A stretch of 64,000 nucleotides of DNA from Chlamydiia bacterium (GCA_022601435.1 JAJACQ010000025.1:10563-74562); one strand, 5' to 3'. Numbered from the stretch's first letter, positions 39,382 to 49,892 are shown. Made by a program: numbers and translations. Notes: generated by a model not told the origin, from the letters alone.

Positions 39382-41256
39382 ATGAAGTTAGATCACGAAA
39401 AGACCATCCAAGGCAAGTTTTTTTTACATGTAAAAGGTTTTGGATTTGTCCAACCTGAAGATGGAGATTTCCCTGAAGTATTTATCCCTCCAAGAAAAAA
39501 TAAAAATGCTATTTCTGGAGATATTGTTATTGCAAAAGTGTTAACTAAATCATCGAAGGGTTATGAAGGTGTTATTGAGGAAGTTGTTAAGCGAAACCGT
39601 GATGAGTTTGTAGCAAGTGTGATCGATGATGAAGGGTCAAATTATCTTTTGTTTTCACCATTAATTGGAGAGGATAAGGAGATATACCTTCCTAAAAAAC
39701 ATCAATTCAATATTGGTGATCGAGTCACTATCAAAATAGAAGAATTTGAGGGACGAGTTCTTCAAGCAAAGCTTATCGAGTTCTTAGGAGATATTTCTGA
39801 TACTAAAATTGATGTTGATACAGCAATTATAGCTCATAATATCCGAAATGAATTTTCAAAAGATGTTATTAGTGAAGCCAAACAATACAAGATAGAAAAA
39901 GTTGATTACGAAGGTAGAATTGATCTACGTGATGTAGAAACTGTTACGATTGATCCAACAACCGCGCGTGATTATGATGATGCCATCACTTTATCAAAGG
40001 ACGATAACAATCATTATCTGTTAGGTGTTCATATTGCAGATGTTTCGCACTTTGTAAAAAAAGGAAGTGCCCTTGATAAAGAGGCTTTTTTAAGATCTAA
40101 TTCAACTTACTTCCCCTCTCGTGTTGTGCCGATGCTTCCAGAGCAACTTTCAAATAATTTATGTAGTTTGGTAGAGGGCCAAGACCGCCTTACAGTTTCT
40201 GTACTTTTAGAAATTGATCCGGAAGGTAATGTCGTAGATAAAGAGATTTCTAAAACAGTTATTAAGAGTAACAAGCGTTTTACTTATGTAGAGGCTTATG
40301 AAATTCTTACAACGAATAAAAAGAGTAAACACCGAAAGCTTTTAGAAGATATGCAGGATCTTTGTCATATTTTCAAAAAGAAACGTAGTGAGCGCGGAAG
40401 TGTAGAGCTTGCCTTACCGGACACACAAGTAATTTGTGATGCTAATGAAGCACCAACACACCTTGTAACACACCTATACGATATCACTCACCAGATGATT
40501 GAAGAATTTATGTTAAAAGCAAATGAAATTGTTGCCGAGACTCTACTAGAGCGTGGAGACGAAGGTGTATTTAGAGTTCACGATGAGCCAGATTCTACAA
40601 CTCTTGATCAATTTTACATGTTTGCAAGACTTTTAGGATTTTACCTTCCGGCAAATCCTACCCCTCATGATATAGCTAAGCTTTTTCAAAAAGCACAAGA
40701 CTCCCCTCACACTGAGCAAATCGCAATAAAGTACATAAGAAGTCAAAAGCTTGCTATGTACTCACCTGATAATATCGGACACTATGGACTAGGACTTGAA
40801 AACTATTCACACTTTACCTCTCCTATTCGTCGGTATTCAGACTTAGTCGTGCACCGCATTCTTTTTGGAGAATCTTACGAGAAAAAAGAGCTCAAAGCCG
40901 CATGTGATAAGTGTTCAGAAAATGAGAGAAAAAGCTTTGTAGCCGAAACATCCGTAATAAAACTCAAAAAATATCGTCTACTAGATAAATATTTTGATGA
41001 AGATCCTGAACGCATCTACGAAGCAAAACTAACAAACGTTGCCAATAAAGGTTTAATCTTTGATGTCTCGCCGCTTAATCTAGAAGGATTCATTCCAATT
41101 CGCTTCTTAGATGATGATTACTATCAGTTCAATGAAAAAAGTCTTCAGCTCAAAGGACGCAATAAAGGTTTTTGCTATAACCTCGGCGACACCATAAAGG
41201 TTCAGCTCGCTGCCATAGATCTTGTTTTCTTAGAATCTGAATGGACATTAGTCTAA
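39382..41256 (+). CDS. rnr: Ribonuclease R (RNB family)
   Basis: KGFGFV cold-shock domain, TIDPTTARDYDDA, VHIADVSHFV, HFTSPIRRYSDL, C-terminal S1. Confidence 0.95.
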   Translation: MKLDHEKTIQGKFFLHVKGFGFVQPEDGDFPEVFIPPRKNKNAISGDIVIAKVLTKSSKGYEGVIEEVVKRNRDEFVASVIDDEGSNYLLFSPLIGEDKEIYLPKKHQFNIGDRVTIKIEEFEGRVLQAKLIEFLGDISDTKIDVDTAIIAHNIRNEFSKDVISEAKQYKIEKVDYEGRIDLRDVETVTIDPTTARDYDDAITLSKDDNNHYLLGVHIADVSHFVKKGSALDKEAFLRSNSTYFPSRVVPMLPEQLSNNLCSLVEGQDRLTVSVLLEIDPEGNVVDKEISKTVIKSNKRFTYVEAYEILTTNKKSKHRKLLEDMQDLCHIFKKKRSERGSVELALPDTQVICDANEAPTHLVTHLYDITHQMIEEFMLKANEIVAETLLERGDEGVFRVHDEPDSTTLDQFYMFARLLGFYLPANPTPHDIAKLFQKAQDSPHTEQIAIKYIRSQKLAMYSPDNIGHYGLGLENYSHFTSPIRRYSDLVVHRILFGESYEKKELKAACDKCSENERKSFVAETSVIKLKKYRLLDKYFDEDPERIYEAKLTNVANKGLIFDVSPLNLEGFIPIRFLDDDYYQFNEKSLQLKGRNKGFCYNLGDTIKVQLAAIDLVFLESEWTLV

Positions 41257-41499
41257 CATAACCTTTCTCACCTCCAGCTACCAAAGGTCCATAACACCAT
41301 TTTAAGTTTCTAAAAAGATAATGGGCTGCTGTCATATTCCTTAATCAAGGGCTACGCCCTAACAAACCAAGCTTGGTTTATTTTATATTCAAAAATATTA
41401 AATAAAACAATAGCTTCAATTATTATGAAAAGTCACTAATAAATCTATAATTACAAAAAAAACCAATATTAAATTAGATTTTCTTACTTCTTCTAGAAG

Positions 41500-41608
41500 A
41501 AAAGGCGAAGTATTTTGGATGGATTTTTGATTATCTTCGGTCGATAGTGTACGTAATGGTACTCGGAGACCGAAGATAATTAAAAAGGCGCCAAAAGACA
41601 AGCCTTTT
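41500..41608. repeat. ~110-bp imperfect palindromic element abutting the dcd stop codon
   Basis: Nested inverted arms AAAAGGC/GCCTTTT, TTTTGG/CCAAAA and TTTTTGATTATCTTCGGTC/GACCGAAGATAATTAAAAA. Confidence 0.8.
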
Positions 41609-42175
41609 TTACATTCGGGGGACGGTGATGCCTCTCTGCTTTTGATACTTTCCGGATCTATCAGCATAGCTAACATCGCATTCAACATCTGCTTTGAAGA
41701 ATAGCACTTGGGCTAGGCCCTCGCCTGCATAAATCTTTGCTGGAAGTGGTGTTGTGTTTGAGATTTCTAGCGTGACTTGTCCTTCCCATTCTGGTTCAAA
41801 TGGTGTTACATTTACAATGATTCCGCATCGGGCATATGTTGATTTTCCGATGCACATTGTGATAACATCGCGAGGAATTTTGAAGTACTCAACGCTTACG
41901 GCGAGTGCAAAAGAGTTTGGGGGAACGATGCAGACATCGCCTTTATATTCGATAAATTCATCATCTGTAAACCCTTTAGGGTCGACTGTTCCATTTTTTG
42001 CATTTGTGAAGACCTTGAATTCATCGGAAACACGAAGATCATAACCATAGCTTGAAAGTCCGTAGCTGATAACTTTTTCGCCATCATGTTCTCTTATAAG
42101 ATGATCAATAAATGGAGAGATCATTTTCTTTTTTAGTGCTTTTTTCTTAATCCATGAATCTGGTTGAACTGCCAT
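41609..42175 (-). CDS. dcd: dCTP deaminase
   Basis: [47 protein letters not shown]. Confidence 0.97.
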   Translation of the reverse strand: MAVQPDSWIKKKALKKKMISPFIDHLIREHDGEKVISYGLSSYGYDLRVSDEFKVFTNAKNGTVDPKGFTDDEFIEYKGDVCIVPPNSFALAVSVEYFKIPRDVITMCIGKSTYARCGIIVNVTPFEPEWEGQVTLEISNTTPLPAKIYAGEGLAQVLFFKADVECDVSYADRSGKYQKQRGITVPRM

Positions 42176-42263
42176 AATTACCGCCTTGGTTTTTAGGGTA
42201 AGAGTAACATAAAGTTGGGATATTAGCTAGATATTAAAGCTGATTTTATCTACTCTATAGGAT

Positions 42264-43238
42264 ATGAAAATGAAATTATTAGAAGAGGAGGGATTAGATA
42301 AAAAAATCCGGCCCTCGCATCTACAAGAATTTATTGGTCATGAGGCTATCAAAACTCGTTTGAATATTTTAATAGGGGCTGCAAAGTCTCGCGATGAGCC
42401 GCTTCCTCACATTTTATTTCACGGTCCACCTGGGTTAGGAAAGACTACGCTTTCATTAATATTATCCAAAGAGATGAATTGTTCAATCATTCAAACATCT
42501 GGGCCCGCAATTGACAAGCCAGCTGATTTAGCAGGTATTTTAACAAATTTATGCAAGGGCGATATTTTATTCATTGATGAAATTCATAGGCTTCCTAAGA
42601 ATGTCGAGGAGTATCTTTACCAGGCGATGGAAGATTTCAAGATTGATATCATGATAGATTCAGGACCTACTGCTAAAAGTGTTTCCATTGCCATCAAGCC
42701 CTTTACCTTAGTTGCCGCAACTACAAAAACAGGGCTTTTATCTGCGCCACTAAGAACGCGATTCCCCTTCAATGTACGTCTAGATTTCTATGATGTAGAC
42801 TCTCTTATTAAGATTGCTAAGCGAAGTGCTGATGTATTAAAGGTGAAAATTGAAAACTGTGCCGCACAAGAATTAGCGATGCGTTCGCGTGGTACACCTC
42901 GGATTGTAAACAACTTACTTCGTTGGGTACGGGATTGTCACACTAATAATTCTGGTGCAATAAAAAAATCAGATGCAGAAACCGCTTTAGATATGTTGAG
43001 CATTGATAAAAAAGGTTTAGATGAAATGGATATCCGTATATTATCATGGATAATAGACCATCATGGCGGAGGGCCTGTGGGATTGAAATCAATCGCTATT
43101 GCGATGGGTGAAGATGCCGATACAATCGAACAAGTGCAAGAGCCATTTTTGGTGATCAAAGGGTATATAAAACGAGGACCACAAGGACGCGTTGCAACAG
43201 ATCTTGCTTATAGACATCTTGGAAGGAGTGAATCATGA
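42264..43238 (+). CDS. ruvB: Holliday junction branch migration helicase RuvB
   Basis: GPPGLGKTT, FIDEIHRL, AMEDF, SRGTPR, GGPVGL. Confidence 0.97.
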   Translation: MKMKLLEEEGLDKKIRPSHLQEFIGHEAIKTRLNILIGAAKSRDEPLPHILFHGPPGLGKTTLSLILSKEMNCSIIQTSGPAIDKPADLAGILTNLCKGDILFIDEIHRLPKNVEEYLYQAMEDFKIDIMIDSGPTAKSVSIAIKPFTLVAATTKTGLLSAPLRTRFPFNVRLDFYDVDSLIKIAKRSADVLKVKIENCAAQELAMRSRGTPRIVNNLLRWVRDCHTNNSGAIKKSDAETALDMLSIDKKGLDEMDIRILSWIIDHHGGGPVGLKSIAIAMGEDADTIEQVQEPFLVIKGYIKRGPQGRVATDLAYRHLGRSES

Positions 43239-44419
43239 AAAAAATCCTAGTACTACTTTTAGCTCCCTTTATTCTCTTTGGAACGCATGGCGTTGTGAAA
43301 ATTGAAGACAGCGCAAAAGGGCGCGACACCATTATACGAGTTTTAACTCATACAGATTTAAAAGGAACTCTTTTAGAGATCAAAGGTGGATACTCTATTA
43401 AAGATCCAAGTAATGATAAAAATGTTGACTCATCCTATTTTAAAAAACGTTGCTATTTATCCTTTACAAACGAAGGGATGAAGTGGGGAAAGTTATATAA
43501 AGGGACTCATCAAATTGAAATCAAAACAAAAGATCCGAAAACATCTGTTTTAATCGACGGCATCCAGTACTGTGGGAAAATTTCTATTTATAATATCTCC
43601 TCAAAAATATTTATTGTCGTGGAGTTAGATGTTGATGATTATTTAAGATCTATCCTATCTGGAAATTTTTCCTATCGTAATATGCATCAAACAACTTTAG
43701 AAGCGCTTTCCATCTCAATGAGAACTGATCTGTATCATAAGATCGCCTCATCATCTAATCCATTCTGGGATATTAAAGCTACCGATCACAATTTTTTAGG
43801 CTACTCCCTTCAAACAGTAAATAGTGGAGCAGATGCGGCAGTTACAGCAACAAAAGATTTAATCCTTCTTTATAAAAACAGACCTTTTCCAACAACTTGG
43901 TCTGAAGATTGTGCAGGGCGCACTGCTGAATACAAAACGATCTTCCGAAAAGATACACCCTCCCCTCCAGGTGTCTGCGTTGCCTATGCTCAAAAGCATC
44001 GTACTAAAAACAAATGGAAGTGCAGCATCTCAACACGTGAGCTTGCAAAAAGACTAGAGTTAGATTCTATTCAATCGATCGAACCATTTAAAGACTCCAC
44101 AACAGAGAAAATTTATGGCCTTCGCTTTAACGGAAAAAACCTTACTTTTAGAGAGCTTACCGTAACTGAGTTCCAAAAAATGCTTGGAAAAGAACGTTTA
44201 CAAAGTAATGACTTTAAAATTAGTTTAATTGATAAACGTATTGAATTTTCAGGCTTTGGTAAAGGAATGGGTGTTGGTATTTGCCTAAAATCTGCAAAAG
44301 ATATGGCCCGAGCTGGAAAAACAACAACGAAAATGCTTTCATCTTTTTATCCCGAAACAAAAATCATGAAACTAGAATATGTTCCTCAAGTTTTTTTTGA
44401 AGATGGTGAAATTGAATAA
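43235..44419 (+). CDS. SpoIID/LytB domain protein
   Basis: Signal peptide; LDVDDYL, EALSISMRT, GFGKGMGVGICL..MARAG..MLSSFYP; follows ruvB as in Chlamydia. Confidence 0.85.
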   Translation: MKKILVLLLAPFILFGTHGVVKIEDSAKGRDTIIRVLTHTDLKGTLLEIKGGYSIKDPSNDKNVDSSYFKKRCYLSFTNEGMKWGKLYKGTHQIEIKTKDPKTSVLIDGIQYCGKISIYNISSKIFIVVELDVDDYLRSILSGNFSYRNMHQTTLEALSISMRTDLYHKIASSSNPFWDIKATDHNFLGYSLQTVNSGADAAVTATKDLILLYKNRPFPTTWSEDCAGRTAEYKTIFRKDTPSPPGVCVAYAQKHRTKNKWKCSISTRELAKRLELDSIQSIEPFKDSTTEKIYGLRFNGKNLTFRELTVTEFQKMLGKERLQSNDFKISLIDKRIEFSGFGKGMGVGICLKSAKDMARAGKTTTKMLSSFYPETKIMKLEYVPQVFFEDGEIE

Positions 44420-44437
44420 GTTTGTTATTAAACAATA

Positions 44438-45859
44438 TTAAAGGTCCGGAAGAGGACTTGAGTTAACAAACCTTGCCTCAACAAAAGGATTAAAAGATAA
44501 ATCAATTTTACAATTTCTCTCTTTTAACTGTTCTAAACTAGAAACTACCCCTTCTATAGAAGTGATTTCATTAAACGAAAGGTCTAAAACTTTTAATTCT
44601 TTAAATTTTGAAATCCAACTTGGTATTTGCCGTAATCCACCACTGGCAAAAGTTAATTCTCTTAAGTTTTTCAACTTTAGAATCTGAATTGGTATTTCCA
44701 CCTCGTCACAGCTAAAAATCTGTAAAACTCTTAATTTTTTAAGACCTCCAATCCAAAGAGGTAAAAATTTGATATTGGTAAGTGTTAGCGATTCTAAATT
44801 CTTAAATTTTAAAATAGACTCTGGTAATAGCCAAGCTTTATCGCCTTTAATTTCTAATCTTGTGATACTGTCATTTGCCTTTTTACTATTTAAATCAGGA
44901 CTAGTTCTTAAAGATTTAAACCTCTCTTTATGCGCTTTTTGATGAGCTTTTTCAAGGTTTTTCCTTCCCTTTTCACAATCGCAAAATATAGGCAACTGAG
45001 ACCACAGCGAAGCAATTGAAACCACAGCATTAAATCTATGAAAATCCGGTAAGTAACGATAAATAATATAATTAAAAAGTTGTAATTTTGATAAACTCAA
45101 ATATAACTCCCCCATTTGTTTAAAAAAAAGACCATGGATTCTCATCGATTGAAATGAAACCGCTATACTATCCATTGCTTCCTTTGACTTCTGTAATAAA
45201 GTAATATCTCCTATTCTCTGAAGTCGAACATTAGATTCTAAGCGATCTATACCAGGTTTTTTCCCTTTAGAAAATAATACTATTTTTCTTACAAGATTTA
45301 ATGAAGGTAGTGGATTACCCACGCAATTAAGCTTTGCCTTTCCTACTAAAGGATCAAATCCAAAAAGGTCAGAGTATCTCTGTATATTATTATCTGCCAC
45401 ATCAAGTTCCTTAAGGTTACTGTTTTCAAAGATCTTCGGAATGGCTGTTATGTTATTATTCCTTAACTTTAAACATCTCAAAGAGGGCATTGCTCCTACT
45501 TCCCGAGGAAGAACTTTAATACTACCATCAGATAAATCTAAGTGCCTAAGGTTTGATAGAAGCTTAATTTGTCGTGGAATAAATGTAACACCAGCTATCT
45601 CTATATGGTTTAAGTTAATCAAACAAAAAACACCCCTGGGAATAACAGAAACTTTATCTGGTAATCCAACCACAAGTTTAGAAATCTGAAAATCTACCAA
45701 AACTTTAATGATTAAACAAAAATTTTGATCTGTCATGTTGGATATATCGATATTATTTTTTTTAAGATCTGTTTGTAGATCCTCATAAGATTTACCAAGC
45801 TCTCGACGTATTGAATCTAAACAATGCTGAACCTCTGTGCAATTTGCGACTTGACTCAC
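44438..45859 (-). CDS. Leucine-rich repeat protein, putative effector
   Basis: LxxLxLxxN repeats (LRHLDLSDG, LRCLKLRNN, LKELDVADN, LKVLDLSFN) in two blocks; AGGAG RBS before GTG. Confidence 0.88.
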   Translation of the reverse strand: MSQVANCTEVQHCLDSIRRELGKSYEDLQTDLKKNNIDISNMTDQNFCLIIKVLVDFQISKLVVGLPDKVSVIPRGVFCLINLNHIEIAGVTFIPRQIKLLSNLRHLDLSDGSIKVLPREVGAMPSLRCLKLRNNNITAIPKIFENSNLKELDVADNNIQRYSDLFGFDPLVGKAKLNCVGNPLPSLNLVRKIVLFSKGKKPGIDRLESNVRLQRIGDITLLQKSKEAMDSIAVSFQSMRIHGLFFKQMGELYLSLSKLQLFNYIIYRYLPDFHRFNAVVSIASLWSQLPIFCDCEKGRKNLEKAHQKAHKERFKSLRTSPDLNSKKANDSITRLEIKGDKAWLLPESILKFKNLESLTLTNIKFLPLWIGGLKKLRVLQIFSCDEVEIPIQILKLKNLRELTFASGGLRQIPSWISKFKELKVLDLSFNEITSIEGVVSSLEQLKERNCKIDLSFNPFVEARFVNSSPLPDL

Positions 45860-45980
45860 TTCCTACTCCTAAATTAAAGAAGATATAATAGCAAAAACCT
45901 TAGTTTAAGACTACTTTTAATGTAAATTTGATTTAATCAAAAAAATAAGGTATTATACTAATAAACAATTTGGAGATCTT

Positions 45981-46346
45981 ATGCATTTAAAAGTTTCTAA
46001 AAGAAGAGCAGCTGCTATTTCATCTGCTATATTATTAATTCTTTTAGCAGTTAATACATTGACTAATTCATGGTGGCCCTACATTTATTTAACAATTGGC
46101 GCTCCCCTTTTCACCCGTCAATTTTTAACAGGCCGTGTTTATGAGAGTATTGTCACGTGTGCGATTTTCGGTGGGCTTTTTATTGTCTCGAATTATCAAG
46201 TCGATTGGACCACAATTCTTCCTGTTGTCTTTATTATTTCTGCAATGATGATCATCTTTCGTGAATTTTTTAACCCTTATGCTTCAAAAAAGCGAGAAGA
46301 TATTGATGATATCGATATAGAAATCACAGAAGAAAGAAAAGACTAA
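45981..46346 (+). CDS. Small multi-TM membrane protein
   Basis: GGAG RBS; about 4 hydrophobic segments, WWP motif, acidic tail. Confidence 0.75.
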   Translation: MHLKVSKRRAAAISSAILLILLAVNTLTNSWWPYIYLTIGAPLFTRQFLTGRVYESIVTCAIFGGLFIVSNYQVDWTTILPVVFIISAMMIIFREFFNPYASKKREDIDDIDIEITEERKD

Positions 46347-47698
46347 TCAAAAACATATCCCGGCGGATAGTCATCTCTATTAATCAGACCATCTTCATCG
46401 CTGTATTTATTTAGCTTAGCCATTAGTATTTTTGGGATATCGCAGCGGATAGTCCATGGCCTTAAAAGAAAATCCGTAAATGAATAATCTCTATGGTTAT
46501 CAAAACCGAATGAAGACGTTGTATAAAAAACAACCCCCAATAAAAGATTTGAAATATACACAGGGGGAAAAAAGAACAATCCTTTTTGCAACCATTTAGG
46601 AAGTAATTTATAGATCTGAGCAAATCTAATAACATATACATCTACCCAAATAGGAAAATAGTTTCTTAACATCAATTCCAAACCTAAGATATCCCCTTTC
46701 AATTCATATCCTAAAATTTCATTGACCATACGGCAGGTGTAGCTTACGCAATTCCCTCTCATTAGTGAAGCGACTCTTTTATTATTATATTTATCAGACT
46801 CGACTAAAGCTATCATTTTATCATGTTCTTGTTGAGTAATTGGAAATTTAAATCTTTTTAAATTTCTATGATTCTTAGGATAATAACTAGCATCATCTGG
46901 TGTTCTTATAATGGTATTTCCTTGCGCTGATCTAAAAATTCCATATTTTGGTAGATCTCGTATATGATCAAAAATATCTTGCCCAACTGATCGAATCAAA
47001 CCATCCGAGCTTTTAAGTTCCATTGAAACATGAGTGTTATAGATATAAGATTTTTTTTCTTCTACATTCCAGTTGACCAAGATCTCCAATACATTTTGAT
47101 AATCATACATCATCGGATCTTCATATCGATAAGGCCTAAAATGAGCAGAATCTAATTTGTTATATTTAGTAATGCCGTATAATAAAACACAATAATCATC
47201 AAAAAACGTTCTTTCTAAATCTGTTTCAAATAAAAATCTATCTTCTATAAAAACAGCATAACCAGTTGTTCGTTTCTCCCATCTAAATGCTTGCCATGGA
47301 AACCATGAAATTGAGCCTTCACGGATTTCAACCGGCAGATGAATCTCTCCATAAATATCATACTTTAAGATCAACTTGGTTGCAAAAAATATTCTATCCA
47401 AGTGATTACTAATCACAAATTGCCTAAACTCTCTTTGGGTGGTGAAATAATCAATAGGAATCTTAGCGCCCATTTTAATAGCTATAATGTAATCAAGAAG
47501 TTCACGCCTTAAGTCCTCATCTATCTCTGCTAATTTTGTGATCTCTTTTAAATCTTCTACATACTCTTTAAAACTTAAAAAAACAGGCTCTCTGATTTTT
47601 TTAACTTCTCGGATGGAAAAGTAGTAATACGACTCTTTGATTTTTTGAGACAATAAAACACCTCGCTCAAAAGGTTCTTTTGAGCCAAGTTCCATCAT
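46343..47698 (-). CDS. Hypothetical protein with possible permuted papain-like His/Cys catalytic motifs
   Basis: NTHVSMEL..G..SVG and downstream RGNCVSY; hydrophobic C-terminal segment. Confidence 0.6.
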   Translation of the reverse strand: MMELGSKEPFERGVLLSQKIKESYYYFSIREVKKIREPVFLSFKEYVEDLKEITKLAEIDEDLRRELLDYIIAIKMGAKIPIDYFTTQREFRQFVISNHLDRIFFATKLILKYDIYGEIHLPVEIREGSISWFPWQAFRWEKRTTGYAVFIEDRFLFETDLERTFFDDYCVLLYGITKYNKLDSAHFRPYRYEDPMMYDYQNVLEILVNWNVEEKKSYIYNTHVSMELKSSDGLIRSVGQDIFDHIRDLPKYGIFRSAQGNTIIRTPDDASYYPKNHRNLKRFKFPITQQEHDKMIALVESDKYNNKRVASLMRGNCVSYTCRMVNEILGYELKGDILGLELMLRNYFPIWVDVYVIRFAQIYKLLPKWLQKGLFFFPPVYISNLLLGVVFYTTSSFGFDNHRDYSFTDFLLRPWTIRCDIPKILMAKLNKYSDEDGLINRDDYPPGYVFD

Positions 47699-47715
47699 TA
47701 AAAAGGTAAAGGGTT

Positions 47716-48858
47716 TTATAAAATCACATTCTTCCGTAACTCATCCCCTCTTTCTCTTAGCTTGAAGTAATCAATCTCAAAAGCTTTCCATGGCATAAAA
47801 ACTGTTTGCCAAGGAAGTTCTTTTGTAATGACCTTCAAAATTATCTTTGGAACAAAAAGATAACTCAATATTCTATTTCCCAAAGAGTAATAATTAATAC
47901 ACTCATGATGATCAAGATAGTTTAAAGTAAATGAAACTAAATCGTCTACACGTTCAAAATGTGAAGTGTATAGCTCCTCAATACACGCGTTGATTAACCC
48001 TTCTTTACAAGGTATTACAATCTTATCAAACCCCTTTTCATCTTTGTAAACATATTGATCTGGTGAAACTAAGCTTTTATTCTTAATGCCAAATCTATAC
48101 ACAGCTCCCTTTCCATCATGTAATGTTAAAAACAACTCTTTGTCTCTTCTATATATTTCCATTGAAGCTTCTGGATAACCACTTCGATAGACCATAAAAG
48201 CTTTATTTGTATTGTGAATAGTTAAAGCTTCATCTTCGATCATCAAAGGAGCCAGTAACACCCCATTTTCATCTGTTGAGAAAAAATATTCTCCGTTATA
48301 GAAGTATTTATTTTCCGAATCAAGAGAAGAGATGGTTAAATCTGAATAATAAATCTCTCTAATTGTTCCTTGAGGCCCTTTAACTGGAAATGCAATGCCT
48401 CTATCTGGACTATATTTTACCGAAACCCCATGATAAAATAAAATTTTATCTAGTTGATTCTTTTTAATAAATTCTAAGTCTTCATGATCTTTATTTAAGT
48501 ATTCACGTGGAACAAGCCCCCCTATCCTCAAAGAAAAGATTTCCTTTTCTAGTAAAACAAAAACCTTTGAAGAAGTCGATAAAAATTTAGCTATATAAGT
48601 TTCTAAAATCGAAACTGTCTCTAACAGGGCATCTCTTTCACCTTTTGGAAGCAGTAAAACATCTAAAGTAGCAATCCTCTTCTTCAAAAATAAAAAAAAC
48701 TCCATCGCACTTTTATCTTGCTCACCCTTTTCCCAATATTCCACAACATAAAAATGTAAAGCGTCCTGTTTTAAGGATATTTTAGGCTTTTTATTTTGCT
48801 GCATCAATGACTCAATTGCCTTGACGATCGGAAGAAAACTCTGAAAAAATACCTGCAT
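47716..48858 (-). CDS. Hypothetical protein, distant paralog of the downstream gene
   Basis: IGGLVPREY..FIKKNQLDKILF mirrors MGAKIPIDY..FVISNHLDRIFF; F.TD, SPD/TPD and PW motifs shared. Confidence 0.65.
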   Translation of the reverse strand: MQVFFQSFLPIVKAIESLMQQNKKPKISLKQDALHFYVVEYWEKGEQDKSAMEFFLFLKKRIATLDVLLLPKGERDALLETVSILETYIAKFLSTSSKVFVLLEKEIFSLRIGGLVPREYLNKDHEDLEFIKKNQLDKILFYHGVSVKYSPDRGIAFPVKGPQGTIREIYYSDLTISSLDSENKYFYNGEYFFSTDENGVLLAPLMIEDEALTIHNTNKAFMVYRSGYPEASMEIYRRDKELFLTLHDGKGAVYRFGIKNKSLVSPDQYVYKDEKGFDKIVIPCKEGLINACIEELYTSHFERVDDLVSFTLNYLDHHECINYYSLGNRILSYLFVPKIILKVITKELPWQTVFMPWKAFEIDYFKLRERGDELRKNVIL

Positions 48859-48957
48859 ACAAAACCTCTATTTATATAGCTTTATTATACCAAAAACATT
48901 GGAAACTACTTAAGTGTATGAGTGTTAATCTAGCTTTTTTGTAATTCATTTTCCTTC

Positions 48958-49848
48958 CTAAATAAAGTCTTTTAAATGAGTATATTTATAATTATAACCA
49001 GCTGCTACCAGCTTTTTGGGATAAACAGATTGATCTGATAAAATCAACTCTCTACCTTTATCTCCAAAAACAAATTTTATCATGAATTCAGGAGCCCGTA
49101 AAAAACTTGGTCTATGTAATTTTTCTAAAATAACACCCACTAAATCTTTATTAGAAATAGACTGTGGCGCCGTAAAATTAACTGGTCCCTCAATTTCTTT
49201 ATGCTTAATGCAAAAAAATAAGGCATCTGCTAAATCGTCAATAGTAATCCAACTGATCATATGTTTACCATCACCTATTTTCCCAAGCATACAAAACTTT
49301 GCAACTGATAAAAAATGAGCTAAGAGGCCACCTTTTTTAGACATCACCGCACCAAATCTTGGAATAACGACTCTTCCTTTTTTATATTTGAGCGCTTCTT
49401 TTTCCCAATCCTTACAAACAGAAGCTAAAAAATCATTTCCGCTTTTAACGTCTTCATCTTCCACTTTTTTAGCTTCTGCTCCATAATAACCCACTGCTGA
49501 TGTCGAAATCAAAACCTTTGGAGGAAGAAGTGGATCATTTAAAACTTCTACCAGTTTTTTAGTGGTCTTTATTCTACTTTCATAAATTAGCTTCTTCTTA
49601 AAATTTCCCCATCTTCCTTGACCAATGCTTTCACCTGCAAGATTAATCACCACATCCACACTCATCAAGAGCTCTTTTAAATCTTTTGAATTTTCTAAGA
49701 TCTTCCGAGAAATACTTATTACATGCCACCCCCGCTTTTCAAAGGATGTCCTTAAAAAGCTACCAACAAGACCTGATGCCCCTGTAATTGCGATATTTTT
49801 AACATCTGTTTGTGAGAAAAAATCAAGCTGTCTCGGGTCTTCTTCCAT
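48958..49848 (-). CDS. TIGR01777 family NAD-dependent epimerase/oxidoreductase (YfcH-like)
   Basis: ITGASGLVG, VINLAGESI, STSAVGYYG, FLASVCKDWE, GPVNFTAP. Confidence 0.93.
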   Translation of the reverse strand: MEEDPRQLDFFSQTDVKNIAITGASGLVGSFLRTSFEKRGWHVISISRKILENSKDLKELLMSVDVVINLAGESIGQGRWGNFKKKLIYESRIKTTKKLVEVLNDPLLPPKVLISTSAVGYYGAEAKKVEDEDVKSGNDFLASVCKDWEKEALKYKKGRVVIPRFGAVMSKKGGLLAHFLSVAKFCMLGKIGDGKHMISWITIDDLADALFFCIKHKEIEGPVNFTAPQSISNKDLVGVILEKLHRPSFLRAPEFMIKFVFGDKGRELILSDQSVYPKKLVAAGYNYKYTHLKDFI

Positions 49849-49892
49849 AACCCCTCTCTATCAAAACAATGATATTTTTTAAAACAAAAAAT

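Noticed and set aside
41500-41608. SRP RNA or 6S RNA identity for the long hairpin
   Set aside because: It lacks the SRP CAGG-..-GGAA-..-AGCAG core and is shorter than a typical 6S RNA; not supportable without an Rfam scan
41150-42087. Short ORFs 41150..41335, 41416..41688, 41754..42044 and 41896..42087
   Set aside because: Shadow or alternate-frame ORFs overlapping rnr, dcd and the palindrome, with no recognisable motifs
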